A stretch of DNA of 64,000 bases. It comes from an uncultured Chloroflexia bacterium. Lineage in GTDB: Bacteria; Chloroflexota; Limnocylindria; Limnocylindrales; CSP1-4. The notes beneath the pieces are model-generated. The model was not told where the DNA came from. It saw only the letters and a list, made by a program, of their open reading frames with translations, and did not search any database. Shown piece by piece: positions 39,001 through 46,889 of this stretch (positions within the stretch are counted from its first letter, which is position 1; each line of letters begins with the position of its first letter). A program made the position numbers and the translations under genes. The stretch lies in assembly GCA_963713285.1 (NCBI GenBank), contig CAVQLA010000014.1, positions 140,566-204,565 of the forward strand, written 5' to 3'.

Positions 39001-41740
39001 ACGCCTGGTGGGCCAGGAACGTGAGGCCGAGGCCCACGTGGGCCGCGGCAAGCGCGACGTCCTCGCCCAGGGCTCGCAGGTGGCTGCGCTTGGAGATGCC
39101 CTGCCGTTGCGGCAGCAGCCCACCCAGGACGGGCAATGCCGCGGGGACGATCACCGACGCCAGGACGAACGCGGTCCAGGCGCCGGCCGAGACGGACGGG
39201 AGCGTCCAGGCCGCGACGAGCGTGGCCAGCGTGAGCGGGGCGGACAGCGTCCGGCGCAGGTTGTCGACCATCTTCCAGCGCGCGATGCCGGGGATCGAGC
39301 CACGCGGTCGCCGGCCCGTGGCGTCGCGGGCGCGGCCGAGGATCCACGGCAGGAGCTGCCAGTCGCCCCGCGCCCATCGGTGCTGGCGGGACGACGCGAC
39401 CAGGTAGTCGGAGGGGAACTCGTCGAAGAGCTCGACGTCGGTCACCAGCCCCGCCCGGGCGAAGGTGCCCTCGAACAGGTCGTGGCTCAGGAGCGCGTTC
39501 TCGGGAACCCGGTCCGCCATCGCAGCCCCGAAGGCGTCGAGGTCGTAGATCCCCTTGCCCGTGAAGCTCCCCTCGCCGAACAGGTCCTGGTAGACGTCGG
39601 AGACGGCCGATGCATACGGGTCGATCCCGGCCGGCCCGGAGAAGATCCGCTGGAAGCGCGATCCTCCATGCTCCGCCGGGAGCGTCGAGGTGATCCGCGG
39701 CTGGAGGACGCCGTAGCCCTGGGTCACCCGGCCGGCCCGCGCATCGAACGACGCGTGGTTGAGCGGATGGGCGATCGTCCCCACCAGGCGCCCCACCGCG
39801 CCCCGGGGCAGCCGGGTGTCGGCGTCGAGCGTGACGACATAGCGCACGTCCGTCGGCGGGGTCGACGCGGCCCGCCCCGTCGTGAGGATGCCGGTGGTCG
39901 CGGAGCCGCGCAGCAGCGCATTCAGCTCCAGGAGCTTGCCGCGCTTGCGCTCCCAGCCCATCCAGCAGCCCTCGGCCTCGTTCCACGTGCGATTCCGGTG
40001 GAACAGCAGGAACCGGGCGCCTCCCCCGGGCGCCTCCCCGTGGCGCTCGTTGAGCCGGTCGATGGCCGCCGCTGCCGCCGAGAGGAGCTCGTCGTCGCCG
40101 GGGACGTGCTCGGTCGGGGCGTCGAGCCAGTCCGAGAGCAGCGCGAAGCGCAGGTCGCCCTCGCGGTTGCCCAGGTAGTGGACCTCCAGGCCGTGGACCT
40201 GGGCCTCGACGTCCGCTTCGCCGGTGAGGAGCATCGGCACGACGACGAGGGTCCGCAGCCGGACCGGCACGCCGTCGTCCAGGTCGAGCCGGGGCAATGC
40301 CTTCGGGCCCAGCACGTTCGTGACCACGCGGTTGACGACGGCGATGGCGACGTCGGAGGCCGGGCCGAGCGCGAGGATCGCGATCACGACGATGCCGACA
40401 CCCGCGGCGCCTCCGTCCCAGGACAGCAGGATCGGCACGGCCAGGATCAGCGCCGTCACCGCCGCGAACGTCCCCAGGTAGCCGAGGGCTCCGGCTCGCA
40501 CATAGGCGCGCCGCAGCCTGGCTCCCCTGGGCACCCGAACGTGGAGGGCGCGTTCGAACGCGGAGCGGCCGTCCGAGATGAGGTAGTAGCCGGGCTCCCG
40601 GCGTCGACCCGCCAGGGCAGGCTCGTCGTCGCCGGCCGTCGTTGCGGCGTCCGCCATCTCCACGGCCAGCCGGGCGACCTCGACCTCGGTGAGGCCGGAG
40701 CCCCGGGCCAGCACCTCCACGGCGTGCCGGTAGCGATCGCGCGTCGCGAAGTCCATCTCGCCGAACGGACCTCGCGCGCGCAGGACGTCGTCGACCAGGC
40801 TGACGCTCTCGACGAACTCGGCCCAGTCGAACCACGAGATGAGGCGCATGCTCGTGATCACGTTCCGGACCGTCACGTTCATCGTCGCCTGGCGCTGGTG
40901 CTCCAGGCGGACCATCTCCTCGACGGTGGTCCCCGGGGCCGCGAGGAGCTCCTCCAGCCCGCGGAGGGCGGGGGTGACCGCCGGGTCCTGCTCGCGCAGG
41001 CGCTGGAAGAGCTGGACGCGGGCCGCCGTGGGAAGCCCCGTCCGCGCGAGCCGCCGCAGCGACGCCCCCGCGACCTCCGGGCTGTCCTTGCCGAGGCCGA
41101 GGAGGCCGTCGGCGAGCTTGTCTGCCTTCTCGCGCGCCGCTCGGCTGCGCACGATCTGCTCGGCGAGGCGGCGGAGGTTCTCGACCAGGAGGATGCGGAT
41201 GCTGATCGCGATCGCCCACAGCTCGCCGATCGTCAGCGGCTCCACCTCCTGGTAGCTCCGCACCATGCGCCGCAGGCTCTCGGGGTCGAACCGGCTGTCC
41301 GTGTGGGCGATGTAGGCCCAGGCGAGGCCGAGGACCCGCGGGTAACCGGCGAGATGGCCGTCGGCCAGCTTGGGGAGCTCGCGGTAGTAGTCCGGGGGAA
41401 GGTCGTCGCGGATCTCGCGGAGCTGCTCGTCGACGATGGGGAAGTTGTCGACGAGCCATTCGGCGGCCGGCGTGATCGCCCGCTCGTCCTTGATCGCCCG
41501 GGCCAGCACGCGGTACGCGTCGAGCAGGACGCGGCCGTTGTCGGCGATGCGGGGCCCGACGGCCTGCCCCCGGCCGGGCGTGTCCGTGACCGCCTGGGCG
41601 GCGGCCAGGGTCTGGGCGTGCTGCTCCAGCCGCTCCACGCTGAAGAGCTCCGCGAGGATCGGCTCCTCGAGCTCGGCATCCGGGCGAGCTCGTCCGCGAT
41701 CGCGACCGGGCAGGGATCCGAGGGGCTGGTTCGATCTCAT
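33080..41740 (-). CDS. ndvB: Cyclic beta-1,2-glucan synthase (GT84 glycosyltransferase + GH94 phosphorylase domains), 2886 aa
   Basis: N-terminal multi-TM GT region with the QHRW motif (SSRQHRWARGDWQLLPW). C-terminal GH94 / cellobiose-phosphorylase-like region (alpha/alpha toroid, GDWNDGMNRVG). Size and domain order match Cgs/ChvB/NdvB. Confidence 0.85.
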   Translation of the reverse strand: MRSNQPLGSLPGRDRGRARPDAELEEPILAELFSVERLEQHAQTLAAAQAVTDTPGRGQAVGPRIADNGRVLLDAYRVLARAIKDERAITPAAEWLVDNFPIVDEQLREIRDDLPPDYYRELPKLADGHLAGYPRVLGLAWAYIAHTDSRFDPESLRRMVRSYQEVEPLTIGELWAIAISIRILLVENLRRLAEQIVRSRAAREKADKLADGLLGLGKDSPEVAGASLRRLARTGLPTAARVQLFQRLREQDPAVTPALRGLEELLAAPGTTVEEMVRLEHQRQATMNVTVRNVITSMRLISWFDWAEFVESVSLVDDVLRARGPFGEMDFATRDRYRHAVEVLARGSGLTEVEVARLAVEMADAATTAGDDEPALAGRRREPGYYLISDGRSAFERALHVRVPRGARLRRAYVRAGALGYLGTFAAVTALILAVPILLSWDGGAAGVGIVVIAILALGPASDVAIAVVNRVVTNVLGPKALPRLDLDDGVPVRLRTLVVVPMLLTGEADVEAQVHGLEVHYLGNREGDLRFALLSDWLDAPTEHVPGDDELLSAAAAAIDRLNERHGEAPGGGARFLLFHRNRTWNEAEGCWMGWERKRGKLLELNALLRGSATTGILTTGRAASTPPTDVRYVVTLDADTRLPRGAVGRLVGTIAHPLNHASFDARAGRVTQGYGVLQPRITSTLPAEHGGSRFQRIFSGPAGIDPYASAVSDVYQDLFGEGSFTGKGIYDLDAFGAAMADRVPENALLSHDLFEGTFARAGLVTDVELFDEFPSDYLVASSRQHRWARGDWQLLPWILGRARDATGRRPRGSIPGIARWKMVDNLRRTLSAPLTLATLVAAWTLPSVSAGAWTAFVLASVIVPAALPVLGGLLPQRQGISKRSHLRALGEDVALAAAHVGLGLTFLAHQAWLMGDAILRTLARVYVTRRNLLEWMTAAQATASRDLDLAGFYRQMAGGVALAIATGVLVLALKPGAAWIAAPFVVLWLVAPLVAHRVSLPPPESAAQQLSAAEVGALRLIARRTWRFFETFVGPEDHALPPDNFQDDPRPVVEHRTSPTNIGMYLLATVTARDLGWIGTLEMVERLEATLSTIGRLERFRGHLYNWYDTRDLHRLEPEYVSSVDSGNLAGHLLALSNACRQMIDQPLPVAAALAGIGDGVALARQAAGAIGDDRRSQTLTRRQLAEALAPLAEAGSVVPASPEAWEARLDELSAHARTLSDVAAALTAEREEGQEGDLVTWAEAARASVSSHVRDLALLRPLAPVDAFPTIAELSDPPDRQPGEGSPAAATLVRRLQAIADRAQQLFREMDFSFLFDPTRKLFSIGFRVRDGTLDPSYYDLLASEARLASFLAIAKGDVAPDHWFRLGRALTPVGRGSALISWSGSMFEYLMPALVMRAPANSLLDHTYELVVARQMSYAAELGVPWGISESAFNARDLAQTYQYSGFGVPGLGLKRGLSEDVVVAPYATALAAMVDPGAAVRNFTRLTKAGAGGRYGFREALDYTARRLPEGESVAVVKSYMAHHQGMALVALGNVLNNRVMVDRFHADPVVEATELLLQERMPRDVLVARPRAEEVKSAADVRELVPPVVRRFTSPHDAIPRSHLLSNGRYAVMVTAAGSGYSRWGDMAVTRWREDVTRDSWGSYLFLRDMQTGAVWSATHQPSGAEADSYEVTYSEEHAEFARRDGSIATGLTIVVSTEHDAEIRRVSLTNLGSQAREVELTSYAEIVLAPQAADVAHPAFQNLFVQTEFAPEIGALLATRRPRSSDEQPIWAAHVAAVEGEADGVVQYETDRARFLGRGRSVRSPVSVIDGRPLSNTVGPVLDPIFSLRCRVRLAPGATAHAIFSTVVAESREQVLDLADKYREAATFERAATLAWTQAQVQLHHLGIESDEAHLFQRLANRILFSDPSLRPSGALLARNERGAPGLWAHGISGDLPIVMVRIDELEDLDIVRQLLRAHEYWRLKLLDVDLVILNEHGATYAQNLHDSLEALVRTSRSTLAHEGQPGRGGVHILRGDQLSSEDRTLLQAAARAVLLSRRGTLADQVIRLERPGPSARPPAPPPSRESGSDAAAPRPELEFFNGLGGFADGGREYVTMLGPGQATPAPWLNVIANPSFGFLVSESGAGYTWSGNSRENQLTPWSNDPVTDPASEAIYVRDDESGDLWSPTIQPIRRDASTYIARHGAGYSRFEHLHGGIHLDLVQFVPLDDPVKISVLTIENRSGRTRHLSVTAYAEWALGTSRGAGAARIVTALEPESGALLARNPWNIDFGSRVAFLDLGGRQAAWTADRTEFLGRNGSPERPAALGRGSRLRGAVGAGLDPCAALQTSFELANGARTQVLVLLGEADDAAAAAELVRRTRAADHQASLHRVATFWDDTQGTVQVRTPDRSMDILLNRWLIYQALACRLWARTAFYQAGGAYGFRDQLQDVVALVTTGRDLAREHLLRAAAHQFVEGDVQHWWHPPSDRGVRTRISDDRLWLPYAVDRYLAVTGDTSVLDETVPYLEGPALQPDQADAYFEPDPSSASASLFDHCAAALDRSLAVGAHGLPLIGSGDWNDGMNRVGAEGRGESVWLAWFLHTVLAAFAPIAEARGDRPRAERWRARMKSLRRALERHGWDGDWYRRAFFDDGTPLGSAQNVECRIDSIAQSWAVLSGAADPAHAERAMAAVEEYLIRRGDGLVLLFTPPFDHSDVDPGYVKGYLPGIRENGGQYTHGAIWSVLAYAALGDGDKAGELFSILNPINHASTRAGVHRYKVEPYVMAADVYTEPPHVGRGGWTWYTGSAGWMYQAGVEGILGFRLRGTTLHVDPCIPRAWPSYEMDFRYRSARYEIVVENPNGVSRGVASSELDGQVLAGGGAAIPLVDDGATHRVRVVLG

Positions 41741-41927
41741 GGTCCGCCGTCAGCGCAGGGCCTGACCTGGTCAGCCCTCGCCTCGACGGGGGGAGACCTG
41801 GCGATCATAGCGACCGCCCCCCGGATGCACGAGCGAGCCTGTCGAGGCGCGGGGGTCGATGCCCGGCGGGGAGCCGGTTGCGACGGCGGCCAGGGTGGGG
41901 CCCGGGAGGCACCCGGGTCACCCGCGA

Positions 41928-42965
41928 TCAGGGAGCGGGCGTCGCCTCGGGCGTCGGTGTCGGCGTCGGGTCTGGCGTGGGTGACGGTGTCGTGTCTGGT
42001 GGCGGCGTCGGTGACGGCGTCGCGTCTGGAGTCGGTGACGGCGTCGCGTCTGGAGTCGGTGTCGGCGTCGGGTCTGGTGTCGGCGTCGGGTCTGGTGTCG
42101 GCGTCGGTGTAGGTGTTGGCGTCGGGCGAGGTCTCGGCGTCGGCCGAGGCGTCGGTGTCGGTGTCGGTACTGGGGTCGGCGGCAGCGTCGCCTCCGGTGT
42201 CGGCGTCGGGGTCGGGTCCGGGGTGACCTCGGGCGTGGGGGTCGGCTCCGGGGTGAGCTCGGGCGTCGGGGTCGGCTCGGGCGAAGGGGTCGCCTCGGGT
42301 GTCGCCTCGGGTGTCGGCGTCACCTCCATCGACGGAGGGGGCGTGACCGTGTCGGGCCCCGTCCCCGGGTTCTGTTTCGGGTCCGGCGCCGGCGTGGGAT
42401 CGGGCGTTGTGACGGGCATCTCGCCGGGGGCCCTCGAGCCGTCCTGGGATCGCAGCTCGCAGTTCTCGAAGCGGTCCTTCGCCGTGCCGTAGCAGGCGTC
42501 CGCGTTCCCGGCGCCGCCGTCGAGCAGGTCCCTTCCGTTGCCGCCCTCGATCATGTCGTCGTCGCCGCCACCGTGGAGCGTGTCGGCGCCCTCGCCGCCC
42601 AGCAGCACGTCCTTTCCGTTCCCGCCGACTAGGCTGTCGTTGCCCTCCCCGCCGACCAGGCAGTCCTTGCCGTTGCCGCCGTCGATCGTGTCGTCGCCGC
42701 CGAGCCCGAAGACGAGCGCGCCCCCGTTGCCGGCGACGAGGTCATCGTCTCCCGACGTTCCGACGATGACCTGGGCGAACTCCATGTCGGCGCATTCGGG
42801 CGGCACGGCCGGCGTGGGAGTCGGTTCGGGAATCTGCGCGATGAGCTGCAGGGCGAACGTGATCGAGTCCGAGAAGTAGGCCGACGAGCTCCCGATGCCC
42901 ACGGCCAATCCCGCGACGACCAGGCCGGCTACCGCGAGGCGCAGGTGGCGTGGGCCTCTACGCAT
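41928..42965 (-). CDS. Secreted SipW-cognate protein with RTX-like Gly/Asp calcium-binding-type repeats and a Pro/Thr-rich tandem-repeat C-terminal tail
   Basis: N-terminus ...[18 protein letters not shown] (AYFSD-type SipW-cognate signal). Middle region [59 protein letters not shown]. The C-terminal ~150 aa are (T/P)PTP(E/D)(A/P)TP repeats. AAGGAG RBS. Confidence 0.7.
   Translation of the reverse strand: MRRGPRHLRLAVAGLVVAGLAVGIGSSSAYFSDSITFALQLIAQIPEPTPTPAVPPECADMEFAQVIVGTSGDDDLVAGNGGALVFGLGGDDTIDGGNGKDCLVGGEGNDSLVGGNGKDVLLGGEGADTLHGGGDDDMIEGGNGRDLLDGGAGNADACYGTAKDRFENCELRSQDGSRAPGEMPVTTPDPTPAPDPKQNPGTGPDTVTPPPSMEVTPTPEATPEATPSPEPTPTPELTPEPTPTPEVTPDPTPTPTPEATLPPTPVPTPTPTPRPTPRPRPTPTPTPTPTPDPTPTPDPTPTPTPDATPSPTPDATPSPTPPPDTTPSPTPDPTPTPTPEATPAP
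41931..42380. repeat. Tandem degenerate short repeats (GTCGGTGTCGGCGTCGGG-like units) encoding the Pro/Thr-rich tail
   Basis: Visible periodic ggcgtcggtgtcggcgtcgggtctgg... units. This is a coding low-complexity repeat, not a CRISPR array (no spacers, no constant repeat). Confidence 0.7.
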
Positions 42966-43503
42966 CGGGGTTCGGCTCCTTGCCGCTCACCGGGACGGCG
43001 GCCGCGCGTCGACGACGGATCGTGCTCACCTCGTCACCGATGGTGCGCACCTGCCCGAGGATGAGCACACCGAGCGTCGCGATGAGAACGCCGAAGAACA
43101 CGATCGGTTGGTGCAACACATAGAGCAGGTATCCGAGGTAGGGGACGCTGAGCCGGACGGTCCCGAGGACGTCCGAGGACGAGCGGGGCGTCACGTCGAC
43201 GCTGTTGTTCGCGTCGCCCTTTGTCTGGAATGACGCCGATCCGACGGCGACTACGCGATGGGTGACGATGCCCTCGGTCGCATCATGGAACATCACGACC
43301 GCCCCGACCTCGGGGACCAGCTCGGTCCGGTCGACCACGACGACGCTGCCGAGGTGGATGGCGGGCTCCATGCTCCCGCCGCTCACCACGCGCACGTCAT
43401 ATGGCGAGATGCGCGGCAGCGCGAGCACGACGACGACCGCGACGAGCAGCGCCAGGAAGGCGCCCTGGATCGCCGACCGGGTGAAGCGCAACACACCGCG
43501 CAC
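42958..43503 (-). CDS. sipW: Type I signal peptidase of the SipW subtype (archaeal/ER-like S26B)
   Basis: Catalytic SGGSMEP motif preceded by a TM ([15 protein letters not shown]). GTG at 43503 preceded by GAGGAG; the ORF-track start at 43563 is probably too long. Confidence 0.8.
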   Translation of the reverse strand: MRGVLRFTRSAIQGAFLALLVAVVVVLALPRISPYDVRVVSGGSMEPAIHLGSVVVVDRTELVPEVGAVVMFHDATEGIVTHRVVAVGSASFQTKGDANNSVDVTPRSSSDVLGTVRLSVPYLGYLLYVLHQPIVFFGVLIATLGVLILGQVRTIGDEVSTIRRRRAAAVPVSGKEPNPDA

Positions 43504-43575
43504 GGTTCCGACTCCTCGTGGTCCGACTGCGGGAAGGGCGGGATGGCCCGCCCCTCCCTTCACGACGGACGCGGC

Positions 43576-44121
43576 TCAGTGCGGGGTGGTCCCCGTGATG
43601 GTGCCGGTGATCGTGAACCCGGTGTAGCCCTGCAGGTTGTTCTGATTCAGTTGGTCGGCTGCTGCGTTCCAATGGAGGCGCAGGACGGCGTAGGAGGTGG
43701 CTCCGACAGCCAGCGTCGGGCCGAGCGACTGCGGGTTGTTCGGGACGAGGTAGGCGCTAAGGAGGTAGTCCGTCCCGTAGCCGGTGCAGTCGGGGGTGGG
43801 GTTGATGCTGAGATCCAGCGCATTCTGGACGGCGAGGGCCAACCTATCCGCAGGGGGCGTGCTGAGCGTCAAGGTCACGTCCAGCGCGTAGTCCCCGGTA
43901 TTGTGGATTCGAATGCACGTGTACTCGTCGAAGCCGGGACCAACCATCAGCGGCGAGCCGGTGAGGGTGCCGTCGACCTGGGCCACGTCGAGATCGGCGG
44001 TGCCGGTCGTGAGCGTGAACCCGGGCCCTGCCTGCTGGACCTGGAAGTAGGCGGCAGTCGCGAAGACGCCGACGCCGAGGAGCGCGGAGATGACGAACAA
44101 CGATGCGAGAAGCTTTCGCAC
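43576..44121 (-). CDS. TasA/camelysin-like SipW-cognate secreted protein
   Basis: Signal peptide MRKLLASLFVISALLGVGVFATAAYFQVQ (AYF SipW-cognate motif), followed by a beta-rich domain. GTG 44121 preceded by GAGGGA. Confidence 0.7.
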   Translation of the reverse strand: MRKLLASLFVISALLGVGVFATAAYFQVQQAGPGFTLTTGTADLDVAQVDGTLTGSPLMVGPGFDEYTCIRIHNTGDYALDVTLTLSTPPADRLALAVQNALDLSINPTPDCTGYGTDYLLSAYLVPNNPQSLGPTLAVGATSYAVLRLHWNAAADQLNQNNLQGYTGFTITGTITGTTPH

Positions 44122-44511
44122 GATTAATCCCTCGGTGAGCACCGCGGGCTGCGGATACTTGGCAGCGACGGCGGTGCGGACAGACGCTCGGTCAGCGGAT
44201 CGCGTCGGTCCGAGACCTCAGGTGCCGTGGTCGCCGGCGTCTGCTCGGCGACACGGGTGCGCGGCCACCGCGTGGGCACTCGCGGCCGGCTCTCCCTCGG
44301 GATGTCACGGGGACCAGGTGCCACCTGGTCGGAGGAACGCCGGCCGAACGTACTAGGTGATTCGACCTAGGGATATACCGCTTGTCCGATTCCGGTTCGG
44401 CGATCGCCCTGGCGGTGCCTCAAAGCACCGGCTCTCGGCCGGGTCAGCAACCGGAGGAAGGGCGCCCTGTGGCGCGGCGACCACCGCGCGCGGTCGCCGG
44501 CCGCCCGCTCG

Positions 44512-45213
44512 TCAGAGAGCCGGAGCGCCGTCCGGGGCGGCCACTTCAACCAGTCGGGCGAGCCCCTCCTCGTCGAGGACGATGATCCCGCCGCCCCGTT
44601 CGCGCTTCACGAGGCCGTCTGCTTCCAGTCGGCTCAGCGTCCGGTACATCATCACGCGGCTCGTGCCGATCATGGCCGCCAGGTCGGCGCGCAGCGCGAC
44701 CGGGTGGGGCGTGTCGAAGATCACCTTCCCGTACCGAAGGAGAATGGCGGCCATCCGCTGGCGCGCGCTCGCGAAGGACCGTTCGTCGAGCCGCACATTG
44801 AGGACCACCGCGAAATCCGAGGCCAGGTCGAGCAGGCCCACGGCCAGCCCGGCGTCCTGGAGCGCGAGCTCGCGCATGAAGACCGGATCCCACGTCGCCC
44901 ACGTCCCGTCGCTCAACGCGACGAGCTCGTACAGCGCGTCGGCGGTCGGGTCGCTGATCGAGCGGAGTCCGCCGAAATAGCCAGGGCCCGCGATCAGCGC
45001 TGCGTACACCTGTCCCGTCTCCACCACGCGGCGGTTCATGACGTGCCCGTCGAGCACGACGAACGGGGGCAGCTGGATCCCCCTCGAGTGCAACAGGTCA
45101 CGGCGAGAGAAGGCCTGCAGGCGAGCCCCCCGCTCCAGGCGACGCAGCGTGCTGGCTTCCATGCCTGGGAGAAGCCGTGCCAGGTGATCACCAACTGGTT
45201 CGATCGCACCCAT
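44512..45213 (-). CDS. Crp/Fnr-family transcriptional regulator (cNMP-binding domain + C-terminal HTH)
   Basis: cNMP-binding beta-roll (FSRRDLLHSRGIQLPPFVVLDGHV...) and HTH RADLAAMIGTSRVMMYRTLSRLEADGLV. ATG at 45211-45213. Confidence 0.8.
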   Translation of the reverse strand: MGAIEPVGDHLARLLPGMEASTLRRLERGARLQAFSRRDLLHSRGIQLPPFVVLDGHVMNRRVVETGQVYAALIAGPGYFGGLRSISDPTADALYELVALSDGTWATWDPVFMRELALQDAGLAVGLLDLASDFAVVLNVRLDERSFASARQRMAAILLRYGKVIFDTPHPVALRADLAAMIGTSRVMMYRTLSRLEADGLVKRERGGGIIVLDEEGLARLVEVAAPDGAPAL

Positions 45214-45585
45214 GGAGGCCCTCTTCGAGTACGGCCGATGGCACCGAGCCTGGATTCCGACTCGCAGGTGAACTTTGACATTGCCGGCGTTGGAAAGAAA
45301 GGTACGTTGCGATCTACGACGGTCCCGCCGCCTTCGTGCCCGGGCGCGATGGGAACGCCGCGCGCCAGGCTCCACGGGCCTGGGGTCCCGCAGGGGGGGA
45401 GCCTGGCGCGGCGAGGCGAGATGCGCGAGGAGGTGGTCGCGGGCGTGGCATCGGGAACAGCTGTCCGGGTCGTGCGGGCCAGGGGCGACGCTCGCCGGGC
45501 AAGATCGCAGGCGCCCGACCCGACTCAGGCCGGGCCTGCATTTGCGGATGTCTTGCCGGTGTCTTCCACCGTGGGAGGATGAGCC

Positions 45586-46380
45586 ATGATTCCCGGCCTC
45601 GTGAGCGACCCGGAGGTCGAGGCGCACCGCGCGCTGGTGCTCCACGATCGCCCGCTGGTCGTGGACCTGATCGAGCTGACGCTGAACCACGGCATCTTCG
45701 TCGTCCGGGCCGCGAGCAGCCTGGCAGACGCCGAGGCGATCCTGGACGAGTGGCGCCCGCACCTCGCCGTCATCGACATGGACCACGACGACAGCACGGC
45801 GCTGCTCCAGCGTATCGGCGCCTCGAACACCTTGACCCGCAGCGTGACGCCGGCCCTGGGCCTGACCCGGCGCGGCGACCTCAAGACCAAGCTGCGGGCC
45901 TTCGAGCTCGGCGTCGACGACATCCTGACGGTGCCGTTCTCACCTGAGGAGCTCCTGGCCCGGTCGATCGTCATCACCCGTCGCGCCTCAGGGACCGACC
46001 GACCCATCGTGCCGACGATCAGGCTCGGCGAGATCGAGATCGACATCCTCAGCCGCCAGGTGCGGGCCGGCGACTCGGTCATCCACCTGAGCGGCATCGA
46101 GCAGAGCCTGCTGTACCTCCTCGCGAGTCGCGGCGGACGCGTCGTCACGCGCGAGGAGATCCTCGACGCCGTCTGGGGCACCGACTTCCTGACCGAGAGC
46201 AACATCGTGGATCGCCACGTTCGCAGCCTGCGGGTCAAGCTGCAGAACGACTACCGGCATCCGCGCTTCATCGCCACGGTCCCCGGCCAGGGGTACCGTT
46301 TCATCCCCACCTTCACGAACACGGGCTGGGGTGCCGGGGTCGAGCCGGTGGGGCGGCCGCCCGAGCGGCGTCGCAACTGA
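45586..46380 (+). CDS. OmpR-family response regulator (orphan; receiver domain with atypical acidic pocket)
   Basis: Receiver VIDMDHDD...K in LKTKLRAFELGVDDILTVPF. Winged-helix DNA-binding domain ...VIHLSGIEQSLLYLLASRGGRVVTREEILDAVWG...GQGYRF. No histidine kinase adjacent. Confidence 0.8.
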   Translation: MIPGLVSDPEVEAHRALVLHDRPLVVDLIELTLNHGIFVVRAASSLADAEAILDEWRPHLAVIDMDHDDSTALLQRIGASNTLTRSVTPALGLTRRGDLKTKLRAFELGVDDILTVPFSPEELLARSIVITRRASGTDRPIVPTIRLGEIEIDILSRQVRAGDSVIHLSGIEQSLLYLLASRGGRVVTREEILDAVWGTDFLTESNIVDRHVRSLRVKLQNDYRHPRFIATVPGQGYRFIPTFTNTGWGAGVEPVGRPPERRRN

Positions 46381-46517
46381 GCGTCGCAGGGTCATTCGCC
46401 CGTCGCCCGCGGGCTTCCGGGTAACGGCATGCGACCGGTGGCCCGAGGAGGCGGACGACCGGGCGAACGCTCCTCCGCGGGTACGATCAGCAGGACGGCG
46501 GCGGCGCTCGGCAGGGG

Positions 46518-46534
46518 ATCCCCCGGACATGACG
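46518..46534. promoter_or_regulatory. Perfect 8-N1-8 palindrome CATGACGG-A-CCGTCATG (copy 1)
   Basis: Read directly from the sequence. Lies 138 nt after the response-regulator stop and about 140 nt upstream of the 29-aa peptide ORF. Confidence 0.5.
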
Positions 46535-46674
46535 GACCGTCATGACGCGCCGATGGCGGCGCGACACACTGGCATCGCGAAGGCGTCGTCGCGCTGAGGC
46601 ATCACGCACGTGAGCGCGATCCCCACCCCGACGACCGGCGGAACGGCCTTGCCAGTCCGGAACGGGAGATCGTC

Positions 46675-46764
46675 ATGAATACCAGAAGCGGTGGCATCGG
46701 GATCATCGGCGTGATCGTCATCGTGGTGGTGATCCTCTTCGTGCTCGGCGTCATCAACCTGTGA
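46675..46764 (+). CDS. Small hydrophobic peptide (29 aa, single TM; type-I-toxin-like or small membrane protein)
   Basis: ATG preceded by GGGAG. MNTRSGGIGIIGVIVIVVVILFVLGVINL*. Codon usage is atypical for this genome (AAT, AGA, AGC). Not in the ORF track because of its length. Confidence 0.4.
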   Translation: MNTRSGGIGIIGVIVIVVVILFVLGVINL

Positions 46765-46889
46765 GCACAGGGGGCGGCCGCGTGTCGCCGTGGCTCGGCC
46801 TGAGAGTGCCGGGTTTCGGGCCGAGCCTCGGGCGCGCCGAATGATCGCTGGAACGCGGCATCGTGCCCCGCCCGCCGGAGGATCGTGAA

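Noticed and set aside
41878-42492. Gly/Val-rich 204-aa ORF and apparent short tandem repeats, which could be mistaken for a CRISPR array or a novel repeat protein
   Set aside because: It is the antisense of the Pro/Thr-repeat tail of the SipW-cognate protein. There are no spacer-like unique segments and no constant direct repeat.
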